From: Bifidobacterium breve
GTDB taxonomy: Bacteria > Actinomycetota > Actinomycetes > Nanopelagicales > Nanopelagicaceae
Length of the DNA stretch: 40,000 bases
Direction: 5' to 3'
Assembly: GCA_945881945.1 (NCBI GenBank)
Contig: CAMCVO010000008.1
Span: 24,461 to 64,460, forward strand
The first letter of the stretch is position 1. Every line of letters begins with the position of its first letter. The position numbers and the translations under genes are program-made. Positions 20,582 to 29,097 of the stretch are shown in pieces. The notes beneath the pieces are model-generated. The model worked only from the letters and a program-made list of their open reading frames with translations, did not search any database and was not told the origin of the DNA.

Positions 20582-20594
20582 TAGATTTGGTGCC

Positions 20595-20619
20595 AGATCA
20601 TCCGTTCGGATGATCTTTT
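20595..20619 (+). terminator. Perfect 10-bp inverted repeat followed by a T-run: intrinsic terminator, attenuator or operator
   Basis: AGATCATCCG-TT-CGGATGATCT-TTT. Confidence 0.6.
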
Positions 20620-20648
20620 ATCTTTGTGACTACTGGTAAAAAGTTAGA

Positions 20649-21242
20649 ATGAAAATTTCAAAAATTGATGTGTTTAGAAACTCAAGGCTTGCGATGGGTC
20701 TAGCACTATTTATAGTTGCATTAACTGCCGCCAGTCTTATTTCTAAGGAGGCCAATAGAACCGTTTTGGTTTGGGCTTCGACCGGTGATCTTGCACCTGG
20801 TCAAATTGTTATGCAATCTGACATTACACCCGTATCAGTTTTACTGGCGCAATCTGCAAAAAATTATTTGTCCTCCTCAGCCGAGATTGTTGGTACTACG
20901 GTCTTAACAAAGATCTCAATGGGAGATTTAATTCCAGGCTCGGCTATTGGTGCTGGTAGTAACTTTGTAAATCAAAGACTCTTCCCATTAACGGTAGCAC
21001 TCTCTGATATTCCTATCTCCCTAGCTAGAGGTGATGTAATTGATCTTTATGCACTTAATGCATCAAATGCTAAGGAGTTGGTTGCTCCAGTGTTGCTTGG
21101 CTCTAGTATTTCCGTCGAGCAAGTTCTTGAGCGTAATAATTCAGGAGTCGTCAGTGTTCTAGTAATCCTTGAAAATGAAGAGATACTTCCCATATTAAAT
21201 TTTTTAGGCGATAGTAGATTAATAATTGTTAGAACTCGCTGA
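20649..21242 (+). CDS. SAF-domain protein, CpaB/RcpC-like
   Basis: N-terminal TM, then VLVWASTGDLAPGQIVMQSDITPVSV...IVGTTVLTKISMGDLIPGSAI, the SAF pattern. Confidence 0.75.
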   Translation: MKISKIDVFRNSRLAMGLALFIVALTAASLISKEANRTVLVWASTGDLAPGQIVMQSDITPVSVLLAQSAKNYLSSSAEIVGTTVLTKISMGDLIPGSAIGAGSNFVNQRLFPLTVALSDIPISLARGDVIDLYALNASNAKELVAPVLLGSSISVEQVLERNNSGVVSVLVILENEEILPILNFLGDSRLIIVRTR

Positions 21243-22161
21243 GCCTCGTTTAAAAATAATCACTGCAATTAGCAATAGTGAGCAAGAGGGAGCTGTAGTA
21301 ACGCTACTGCATTCACAAGGTTGCAACATAATTTACCGTGCCTTGAATTATTCAATACTTTTGAATTATCTGGCACAAAATGAAATTGATGTTTGCGTTC
21401 TTTACTCATTGTCGTTCGCTGAACTTAAAGAAATGAATAACTTGCAACACAAGTATGTAAACCATAGATTTATTGAAGTCAATGAAAAGATTGATCACCT
21501 GCAATTGATAAATCAGCTAACTGCTCTGCAAAGGCCATCACTTATCTACCGACCAAAAAGAGTTAATAATGTGGTCTCAGTTTTTGGAACCCCAGCCTCG
21601 CCAGGGATTTCAACTCTGACTAACCACCTAGCAAGACTAAAGTCTGCAAAAATAATTGCCGCAACACATGGGAATATTCGTCCTGAGACGGTAGTGACTG
21701 TTGACAAGATTTCGGCGCATGAGTTGGATCAAAAACTTGCTAATCTCGGTAATGAAATAACAATCATTGACGCTGGTGCAACACTGTCGCTAACGAAAAC
21801 TCTATCTGACCGACGCGGTACAGCTCATTGGCTAAATCTGAGTCTTACTTGTTCGGCGAAAATTATTTATGTGACCGCTGCAAGTATAAATGGACTTTCC
21901 TATTTAGCTGAATTTATTAATGACTTTAAAAACTTGATAAATCCACCTCAGATAATCTACGTATTAAATCAGCATCGGATTGACCGGCAAGGGCAAATAC
22001 TTCAGAAAAAATTCATTGAGCTAGCTGGTCCGGTAAGCAATCTATTAATTCCATTTGAACGCAGGATAGATAGTTTGCAGGTAGGCACTCAGCACGGTAT
22101 GGGATTTTGGCGCAGCAACACATTCACTAGGCAGGTTGAAAAAATATCCAATCAACTGTGA
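21226..22161 (+). CDS. CpaE/ParA-like P-loop-fold protein with degenerate Walker A
   Basis: VVSVFGTPASPGISTLTNHLARLK, EITIIDAGATLS and NQHRIDRQGQILQKKF. 17-nt overlap with the SAF-domain gene. Confidence 0.65.
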   Translation: MLELAEPRLKIITAISNSEQEGAVVTLLHSQGCNIIYRALNYSILLNYLAQNEIDVCVLYSLSFAELKEMNNLQHKYVNHRFIEVNEKIDHLQLINQLTALQRPSLIYRPKRVNNVVSVFGTPASPGISTLTNHLARLKSAKIIAATHGNIRPETVVTVDKISAHELDQKLANLGNEITIIDAGATLSLTKTLSDRRGTAHWLNLSLTCSAKIIYVTAASINGLSYLAEFINDFKNLINPPQIIYVLNQHRIDRQGQILQKKFIELAGPVSNLLIPFERRIDSLQVGTQHGMGFWRSNTFTRQVEKISNQL

Positions 22162-22185
22162 TGGTGAGGCTCTACCATTGAGCCT

Positions 22186-23652
22186 ATGGCCACTATCTCT
22201 GATTTGATAACTGAGAATTCAAATTTGAATGCGAACGAAGTTGAGCATCTTTCCGAATTAGTAGCCGAATGGCGACTGTTGGCTGATTTATCATTTGCAG
22301 ATTTATTGCTTTGGTTACCAATTCGCCGTGATGAAAAATCTTGGCCAGAAGGACATTTAGTTATTGCACAAATCAGGCCAACCACCGCAGCTACGATATT
22401 TGCAGATGATCTGGTTGGCACCACAATTAATTGGGGGCAGCGACCACTAGTTGATCAAGCCCTATCTGAAGGTGAAATTATCAAAGACACCAAACCTGAA
22501 TTAGTTGGGCAAACTCTTATTAAAGAGGAGACAATTCCTGTAATTTTCAATGGAAGAATTCTGGCAGTTGTTTCCAGGCACCGAAACGCAGATTTAATGC
22601 GACAACCTTCAAAGCTGGAATTAAATTATAGAGAGATCGCCCACAAGATATATAAAATGGTCGCTGAAGGAAATTTCCCAATTAGAAATTCTTTGTATAG
22701 CTCAGAGTCATCTCCAAGAGTTGGAGATGGGTTGATCAGATTAGATGTGAATGGCGTAATATTTTTTGCTTCTCCAAATGCTAGATCAGCTTTAAGTAGA
22801 ATTGGTTTTCATCGGGAGCTTGAGGGTGAAAATCTAGGGGCAGTATTCTCAAATTTAAATAAGGGAGATAATCAGCCGACAGATGAATCATGGCAAACCG
22901 TACTTAATGGTAAGTCTCTGCGACGAGTTGAGTATGAAAGCCAGTCTGCAGTACTAGACATTTTAGTTATTCCATTAACTGAAGGTAATGATCGAATAGG
23001 CGCCATCGTGCTAGTACACAACATAACTGAACTTCGTTATAGGGACCGAGCCCTAGTTACAAAAGATGCAACTATTAAAGAAATTCACCATCGGGTAAAG
23101 AACAATTTACAAACTGTCTCAGCATTGCTTCGGTTACAAGCTAGGCGTGTAACCGACCCGATTGCCATATCTGCCCTTGATGAAGCAGTACGTCGGGTGG
23201 CATCTATTGCACTTGTCCATGAGACGTTATCTAATCAATCTTCAGAGTATGTTGAATTTGATTTGGTATTCGAACAAATCATTAAGAATGCTTTAAATCT
23301 TAATCCTAGGATTATTGCTTACAAAAAAATGGGAGTTTTTGGATCTTTTGACTCAAAAACTGCCACGGCACTCTCACTGGTAATTACTGAATTAATTCAT
23401 AATGCATTAGAGCATGGACTTAATGAATCTGGAGATGAGTTGACTGTCGAAATCAACAAAAACGGTAACCAATACCAAGTAAGTATTTGTGACAATGGCC
23501 CTGGGTTACCTAGAGACTTCAGTATTGAAAAGTCAGCTAATTTAGGTTTGCAAATAGCTAATACACTGACGAAAAATGAATTGAATGGCAGTATAAACTT
23601 AGTCAGGGTTGGAAACTTAACTCGAGGAGATATCTCCTTCGAAACACATTAA
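22186..23652 (+). CDS. pdtaS: Cytosolic sensor histidine kinase, PdtaS-like (HisKA_2/HWE type)
   Basis: GAF/PAS-like N-terminus, KEIHHRVKNNLQTVSALLRLQARR, ELIHNALEHGL and CDNGPGLP. Neighbour of a whiB1-like gene as in mycobacteria. Confidence 0.9.
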   Translation: MATISDLITENSNLNANEVEHLSELVAEWRLLADLSFADLLLWLPIRRDEKSWPEGHLVIAQIRPTTAATIFADDLVGTTINWGQRPLVDQALSEGEIIKDTKPELVGQTLIKEETIPVIFNGRILAVVSRHRNADLMRQPSKLELNYREIAHKIYKMVAEGNFPIRNSLYSSESSPRVGDGLIRLDVNGVIFFASPNARSALSRIGFHRELEGENLGAVFSNLNKGDNQPTDESWQTVLNGKSLRRVEYESQSAVLDILVIPLTEGNDRIGAIVLVHNITELRYRDRALVTKDATIKEIHHRVKNNLQTVSALLRLQARRVTDPIAISALDEAVRRVASIALVHETLSNQSSEYVEFDLVFEQIIKNALNLNPRIIAYKKMGVFGSFDSKTATALSLVITELIHNALEHGLNESGDELTVEINKNGNQYQVSICDNGPGLPRDFSIEKSANLGLQIANTLTKNELNGSINLVRVGNLTRGDISFETH

Positions 23653-23918
23653 AAAGAGTTTTGATTTTCCATCTGGCGAGCTCGATTTCTAGCAGCCCGT
23701 CGTTTCATAGCTCGTCTTTCATCTTCAGATAATCCGCCCCAAACTCCAGCATCTTGCCCGCTCTCTAGCGCCCAAGCTAAACATGGCTCTTTTACTGGAC
23801 ATCTTTCACATATCTTTTTTGCCTCTTCAATTTGAGCTAAGGCAGGGCCTGTATTACCTACCGGGAAGAAGACCTCTGGATCCTCCTCGCGACAAGCTGC
23901 TTCATGTCGCCAATCCAT
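23649..23918 (-). CDS. whiB1: WhiB-family regulator, WhiB1-like
   Basis: MDWRHEAACREEDPEVFFPVGN...EEAKKICERCPVKEPCLAWALESGQDAGVWGGLSEDERRAMKRRAARNRAR. Confidence 0.93.
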   Translation of the reverse strand: MDWRHEAACREEDPEVFFPVGNTGPALAQIEEAKKICERCPVKEPCLAWALESGQDAGVWGGLSEDERRAMKRRAARNRARQMENQNSF

Positions 23919-24240
23919 AGGGCAGCAACTCCTTCGATAAAATAGTGTTAATTAGTAGTCAAGAAAATCAACTGTCTTATTATCTCCCTAATTTAATTAA
24001 TAAACAAGGATATTTTGCTAAGAAAATAGAATATTTCAGATTTGTAGATGAATTCAGCTGCCAATTATGCCCTTGCCTGCAGTGAAGCCAGCCACTGCAC
24101 CTTTGCAGGTTGAGGAGTTAATTCCTGAGCGAACAGGGTAAAAATCAGCTATAGGCCATGATTAGCAGTTAAAGACATCACAATTTTATTTGCTAATTTT
24201 TCATATTGCACTGCTGCAATTAATAGGGGAGAATTATCCA

Positions 24241-24774
24241 ATGAGCCAAACAGCGTATTTTGCTACAGGTTGTTTTTGGGGGGCAGAGCGCAGATTCTGG
24301 AAGCTAGATGGAGTAATTCAAACTTCTGTTGGTTATATGGGTGGAAACAAACCAGATCCAACTTATAAGGAGGTTTGTACCGGCTCCACAAATCATGCAG
24401 AGATGGTAGAGGTTATTTTTGATCCACAAGTAATTTCCTATAAAAGACTACTAGCCGAGTTTTGGGTCATGCATGATCCAACCTCGCTCAATCAGCAAGG
24501 CGGAGATATCGGAACGCAATATCGCTCAGCGATATATACCACTACCGCTGAGCAAAATCAGCAAGCATTTGATAGTAAAGAGATTTATCAAGGTGAGTTA
24601 AATGAAAATCTGATGGACAAAATTGTTACTGAAATTCTGCCTGCTACAGGAGTTACCTACTGGTTAGCAGAGGAGTATCACCAAAGATATTTAGAAAAGA
24701 ACCCAAATGGCTATGACTGTCACTCTTCAACCGGGGTGCCTTTCCCGTCAGCATTAATGAGCGATAATGGATGA
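24241..24774 (+). CDS. msrA: Peptide-methionine (S)-S-oxide reductase MsrA
   Basis: AYFATGCFWGAERRFWKLDGVIQTSVGYMGG. The internal ATG (MSQTAYF) is preferred over the listed TTG at 24190. Confidence 0.96.
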   Translation: MSQTAYFATGCFWGAERRFWKLDGVIQTSVGYMGGNKPDPTYKEVCTGSTNHAEMVEVIFDPQVISYKRLLAEFWVMHDPTSLNQQGGDIGTQYRSAIYTTTAEQNQQAFDSKEIYQGELNENLMDKIVTEILPATGVTYWLAEEYHQRYLEKNPNGYDCHSSTGVPFPSALMSDNG

Positions 24775-25222
24775 GATAACGCCAGTAAACTCAAAAGGTG
24801 ATCTATACAAAGTTCAGATCGATGAACAGGAGCTAGCAAGCCGGGTTGATCCTCTTTCCTTTGATGTTTTAAGAAAATCCGCAACCGAGACAGCTTTCAC
24901 AGGTGAATACACAGATACTGAAGTAGTTGGTGTTTATAAGTGCAAAGCTTGTAACGCAGAATTATTCAGATCTGACACAAAATTTCATTCAGGATGTGGC
25001 TGGCCATCTTTTTATGCGCCAACTGCGGATGATGCAGTTGAGTTAATCGAAGATCGTTCGCTTTACCCAAGAATCCGAACCGAGGTTAGATGTTCTGCTT
25101 GTGGCTCACATCTTGGTCATGTCTTTACGGGCGAGGGATATGCTGTGCCTACCGATCAAAGATGGTGTATTAATTCAGTTGCATTAGAACTAGAGGCAAA
25201 GAATCAAATTAATAACCGCTGA
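24767..25222 (+). CDS. msrB: Peptide-methionine (R)-S-oxide reductase MsrB
   Basis: GVYKCKACNAELFRSDTKFHSGCGWPSFYAP, EVRCSACGSHLGHVF and QRWCINSVAL. Confidence 0.97.
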   Translation: MDEITPVNSKGDLYKVQIDEQELASRVDPLSFDVLRKSATETAFTGEYTDTEVVGVYKCKACNAELFRSDTKFHSGCGWPSFYAPTADDAVELIEDRSLYPRIRTEVRCSACGSHLGHVFTGEGYAVPTDQRWCINSVALELEAKNQINNR

Positions 25223-25247
25223 TTATTTAATGGGCTAGGCTTGAACA

Positions 25248-26381
25248 ATGAGCGGTGAGGTTGATCTAAGCAAGTTAACTACGGAAACTCAGGTAGTTGC
25301 TGCTGGTCGGCCGGCGAAGCAGCCAGATGGCGCACTAAATCCTCCCATTGCCCTTAACTCAACATTTCATGAAGGTGGACCGATTGGTTATGGCCGCTAT
25401 GGCAATGAAACTTGGAGTGCTTTAGAGGATGCGATATCAATCCTTGAAGGTGGAAAGTCATTAATTTTTTCATCAGGCATGGCAGCCATCAGTTCAGTTT
25501 TCTCATTACTACCGGATGGCGCGGTCGTCGTAGCTGCAAATAATGGATATCAAGGAACTACTACTTTGTTACAAAAGTTGCATGAAAGTAAAAGACTTGA
25601 GGTTAGATTTGTAAATCTAGCAAATACTGATGAGACTCTCTCTGCAATACCGGGAGCTCAGATGCTCTACCTTGAATCACCCATCAATCCACTTTTAGAG
25701 GTTGTTGATCTACCAACTGTAATTAGGGCGGGCAAGGCAGCAGGTTGTGGGGTGGCAGTTGACAACACTTTAGCAACTCCACTGTTACAAAAACCACTCA
25801 CCCTTGGCGCGGATATTGTTATTCATTCTGTTACAAAGTATCTATCTGGCCACAGTGATTTAATTTTGGGCTCTCTAAGCACAACAGATCCAGAACTTTA
25901 TGCCCGACTAGAGCAATCTCGTAGATTTGGCGGAGCAATTGCTGGACCCTTTGAAGTTTGGATTGCGTTGAGGGGAATTCGAACCTTTGCAATTCGCATG
26001 CAAAGATCTCAAGAAAATGCACTGGAGTTGGCTACGCGCTTATCTAAAGATGGAAGAATAACAAAAGTTAGATATCCAGGCTTGCCAACTGATCCATATA
26101 ATTTAATTGCCAAATCCTTTATGAAAGGATTTGGTGCAATGATCTCCTTTGATGTTAAGGGGACCGTCGATCAGGTTGATTTGATGTGTAATAGTTCAAG
26201 ATTAATTACCAATGCCACATCCTTGGGTGGGGTGGAATCAATCTGGGAGCGCCGGCGTAGGTGGGCAACTGAGAGCAAATTGGTGCCTGAAAATCTCGTT
26301 CGGTTTTCAGTTGGAATTGAAAATGTGGATGATCTTTGGGCTGATATTGAGCATGCCTTTACAGCAGCCAAAATTAAATGA
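25248..26381 (+). CDS. Cystathionine gamma-synthase/gamma-lyase family PLP enzyme
   Basis: YGRYGNETWSALEDAISILEGGKSLIFSSGMAAI, VDNTLATPLLQKPL and SVTKYLSGHSD (PLP lysine). Confidence 0.92.
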   Translation: MSGEVDLSKLTTETQVVAAGRPAKQPDGALNPPIALNSTFHEGGPIGYGRYGNETWSALEDAISILEGGKSLIFSSGMAAISSVFSLLPDGAVVVAANNGYQGTTTLLQKLHESKRLEVRFVNLANTDETLSAIPGAQMLYLESPINPLLEVVDLPTVIRAGKAAGCGVAVDNTLATPLLQKPLTLGADIVIHSVTKYLSGHSDLILGSLSTTDPELYARLEQSRRFGGAIAGPFEVWIALRGIRTFAIRMQRSQENALELATRLSKDGRITKVRYPGLPTDPYNLIAKSFMKGFGAMISFDVKGTVDQVDLMCNSSRLITNATSLGGVESIWERRRRWATESKLVPENLVRFSVGIENVDDLWADIEHAFTAAKIK

Positions 26382-26866
26382 GCTCAGTAAAAATCAGATC
26401 TGCTGAATTTTCAGATTTACCAGTAATTTTTCAGTTCATCCATGATTTAGCAAAGTATGAAAAAGCACCAAATGAGGTTGAGCTTTCACTTTCAGAATTA
26501 GAGGAATCTCTTTTTAATAAGAATCCACAGGTCTATTGTCTGATTTCAGAGCTGGATGGAAAAGCCACTGGATTTGCAGTTTGGCACTTAAATTACTCAA
26601 CCTGGTTGGGTAGGCATGGGGTTTATTTAGAGGATCTATATGTTGACCCAAAGTACCGTGGCTTAGGTCATGGAAAGGCGTTGCTTAGAAAGCTTGCTCA
26701 AATATGTATTGAGCGTGGGTATAAAAGACTGCAGTGGTGGGTTCTGGATTGGAATGAAACCGCCATTGAGTTTTATAAATCCATTGGAGCACAACCTATG
26801 GATGAGTGGACGGTATTTAGAGTTTCTGGGAGTTCACTGGAAAAACTCGCCACAGATGGAATTTAG
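26378..26866 (+). CDS. GNAT acetyltransferase, diamine/thialysine acetyltransferase-like
   Basis: IRSAEFSDLPVIFQFIHDLAKYEK...GVYLEDLYVDPKYRGLGHGKALL...WVLDWNETAIEFYKSIGA. 4-nt overlap with the preceding gene. Confidence 0.9.
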   Translation: MSSVKIRSAEFSDLPVIFQFIHDLAKYEKAPNEVELSLSELEESLFNKNPQVYCLISELDGKATGFAVWHLNYSTWLGRHGVYLEDLYVDPKYRGLGHGKALLRKLAQICIERGYKRLQWWVLDWNETAIEFYKSIGAQPMDEWTVFRVSGSSLEKLATDGI

Positions 26867-26901
26867 TAATACCCAAACTTAAAAGATAGTAGATTTATCC
26901 C

Positions 26902-27051
26902 ATGATTAAAGCTCTCAAACGACTTCTTGCACTCCTTGCCGGAGTACTAGTCATATTTGGTGCAATCAAAAGTATCTTTAATTGGTTGGCCCGTTCTGAA
27001 AATGATGAGTATGAAGTATGGAGTGATGATGAAGAGAGAGAAGACGCTTAA
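26902..27051 (+). CDS. Unlisted 49 aa small membrane protein with an acidic tail
   Basis: ATG at 26902 to TAA at 27049-27051: MIKALKRLLALLAGVLVIFGAIKSIFNWLARSENDEYEVWSDDEEREDA. It abuts the next ORF. Confidence 0.6.
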   Translation: MIKALKRLLALLAGVLVIFGAIKSIFNWLARSENDEYEVWSDDEEREDA

Positions 27052-27432
27052 TTGAGCAACGAATATATTGCAGGTAATTGCAATATTGGTAAGGGTGAAA
27101 TTAGAAGACGCCAAACAGTTGCACTCATTGGACTCTTTTTAATGTTTTTTTCAGCTTCAACAATTCTAGGAACGGAACAATCCAGGTCTGTTCGGTTGTC
27201 AATTTTTCTGCCGGCCATGATTTTTGCAATTGGCTTTATTCAAGCAAGAAAAAAGTTTTGCTTAGCTTATGGACTTGCTGGAACATTTAATTTTGGCAAA
27301 CTGGGCAGCATTACTAAAGTTCAAAGTGAGCAGGATAAAAAAGCAGATCGAAAAACTGCAATAAGTATTCTTTCTCAATCAGCTTTATTGGCTGCCGCAA
27401 TTACTTCAGTATTTTTTGCACTACCCTTATAA
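27052..27432 (+). CDS. Membrane protein of unknown function (DUF4395-like topology)
   Basis: 126 aa ORF with TTG start immediately after the preceding TAA; about 3 hydrophobic segments and an N-terminal NCNIGKGEIRRRQTVALI motif. Confidence 0.6.
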   Translation: MSNEYIAGNCNIGKGEIRRRQTVALIGLFLMFFSASTILGTEQSRSVRLSIFLPAMIFAIGFIQARKKFCLAYGLAGTFNFGKLGSITKVQSEQDKKADRKTAISILSQSALLAAAITSVFFALPL

Positions 27433-28215
27433 ATCTTCATAACTAGAGGGTAATTCACCGACATTTAAGAATTTCAAATACTGCTCTGTAATCACCTCTG
27501 GTTCACCTGAGGCCAACATACTTCCTTTGTGCATCCATATAGCATGGTCACATAGCTCATTAATCGAAGATAACGCATGGGAAACGATCAAAATTGTTCG
27601 AGCCTCTTCACATAGCTCTCTCATCCGATTAAAAGATTTTTCCTTAAAAGCTGCATCACCTGCAGATAATGCCTCATCTAATAACAATATATCCGGAGTC
27701 ATGTTTACTGCCACCGCAAATGCAACCCTGCTATACATTCCATTGCTATAGGTTCGTACCGGCATATCAATAAATCCCTCAGGTAAATCAGCAAAAGCTG
27801 CAATGGCATCTGTCTGGCTTTCAATTTCAGCCTTACTCATTCCGGCAGCAAGCCCACCTAAAATTATGTTGTCTCGACCAGATAAGGCTTTGTTAAAACC
27901 AACACCAAGAGCTAACAAAGTTGAAATTCTGCCATTGACTGTGATCTTCCCCGCCGTCGGCGGTAAAATCCCTGCAATGGATCGCATTAGCGTTGATTTA
28001 CCTGCACCATTTGCACCAACAATTCCAACTACTGAACCATGTTGAATATCAAGATTTAAATGCTTAACTGCTTCCACAGTTCTAGTTCTGACTCTCTCGC
28101 CTTTACTTGCACGCATTATTGCATTTTTTAATGTCTTTTTAGACTCAACATTAATTTTATAACTAATTGAAAGATCCTCAATTTTAATTGCCAAATTATC
28201 TGGCAAACTCTCCAT
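27427..28215 (-). CDS. ABC transporter ATPase, polysaccharide/teichoic-acid export type (TagH/Wzt-like)
   Basis: VVGIVGANGAGKSTLMRSIAGILPPTAG, YSNGMYSRVAFAVA and PDILLLDEALSAGD. The start is moved from 28284 to the ATG at 28215, just after the permease stop. Confidence 0.92.
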   Translation of the reverse strand: MESLPDNLAIKIEDLSISYKINVESKKTLKNAIMRASKGERVRTRTVEAVKHLNLDIQHGSVVGIVGANGAGKSTLMRSIAGILPPTAGKITVNGRISTLLALGVGFNKALSGRDNIILGGLAAGMSKAEIESQTDAIAAFADLPEGFIDMPVRTYSNGMYSRVAFAVAVNMTPDILLLDEALSAGDAAFKEKSFNRMRELCEEARTILIVSHALSSINELCDHAIWMHKGSMLASGEPEVITEQYLKFLNVGELPSSYEDL

Positions 28216-28219
28216 AGCC

Positions 28220-29092
28220 TTAGATGCGGACGGCAAAATCACGCTCCCTTGAGATAAAGAAATAAGCACCCATTGCAAAGGCAATCACTGCCCAAATCAA
28301 GCAACCGATTAATTGAGAAAGTGTTGGCATTAAGCCATCAATCCAAATTCTTGAGTTTGCCGAGAGTATTGGGCCCAGTGGATTTAGGTAGAGAAGTATT
28401 CTATACCAACCACTTAACATATCTGGTTGCCAAAGTACAGGCGAGGCATATAACCAAATCCTCATTATGTAAGAGAGTAGTTTTGTGGTGTCACGAAAGT
28501 ACACATTCATTGTTGCAAACAATAGAGATAATCCAAAACTAGTTATGACCAATAAAATAAACAAAAATGGCAGTACCAAGTGATTTAAACTTAGTCCTGG
28601 CAAAGTAGTGTCATTAAGAATTAATTTTCCAGCGATCACAATCAAAATATAGATTGGAATAGTTGGGAAAAACTGCCGAGCAGCACTTATTGCACTAGAT
28701 AGTGGCAAGAGTGCTCTAGGAAAGGCTTGATTTAGAATTAAGCTGCCACCTGATGTAATTGAGTGAGCACCAAGCAAAATGGTGTTCTGGGCGAAGTAAA
28801 AAGTGAACAACCCAATCAGAATGTGGCAAAGAGTGGTAAATCCACCACCTTGACCTCTACCGCCTTGAATAATTGTTACCAACAGATAATAAATTACCGC
28901 TAAAAACAAAGGGTTCAAAACCAACCAAACTTTACCGAGCTTGGAATCTAAGTATTCGGCTTTGTCAGAAAACTTAGAAAGTTCTGTTGCGAATTCCCGC
29001 CTTCTCCAGAATTCGCGAAAGTATGGCCGCATTGGCGGCAAAGATGAACTATGGGGTTCAAAAATCTGTACCTTGCTACTGGCCTCGATCAT
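28220..29092 (-). CDS. ABC transporter permease, polysaccharide export type (TagG/Wzm-like)
   Basis: KVWLVLNPLFLAVIYYLLVTII, RDTTKLLSYIMRIWLYASPVLW and YLNPLGPILSANSRIW. Paired with the ATPase. Confidence 0.9.
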   Translation of the reverse strand: MIEASSKVQIFEPHSSSLPPMRPYFREFWRRREFATELSKFSDKAEYLDSKLGKVWLVLNPLFLAVIYYLLVTIIQGGRGQGGGFTTLCHILIGLFTFYFAQNTILLGAHSITSGGSLILNQAFPRALLPLSSAISAARQFFPTIPIYILIVIAGKLILNDTTLPGLSLNHLVLPFLFILLVITSFGLSLLFATMNVYFRDTTKLLSYIMRIWLYASPVLWQPDMLSGWYRILLYLNPLGPILSANSRIWIDGLMPTLSQLIGCLIWAVIAFAMGAYFFISRERDFAVRI

Positions 29093-29097
29093 AACGG

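Noticed and set aside
22152-22424. 90 aa minus-strand ORF over the pdtaS start
   Set aside because: Antisense to the pdtaS N-terminus; no recognisable domain.
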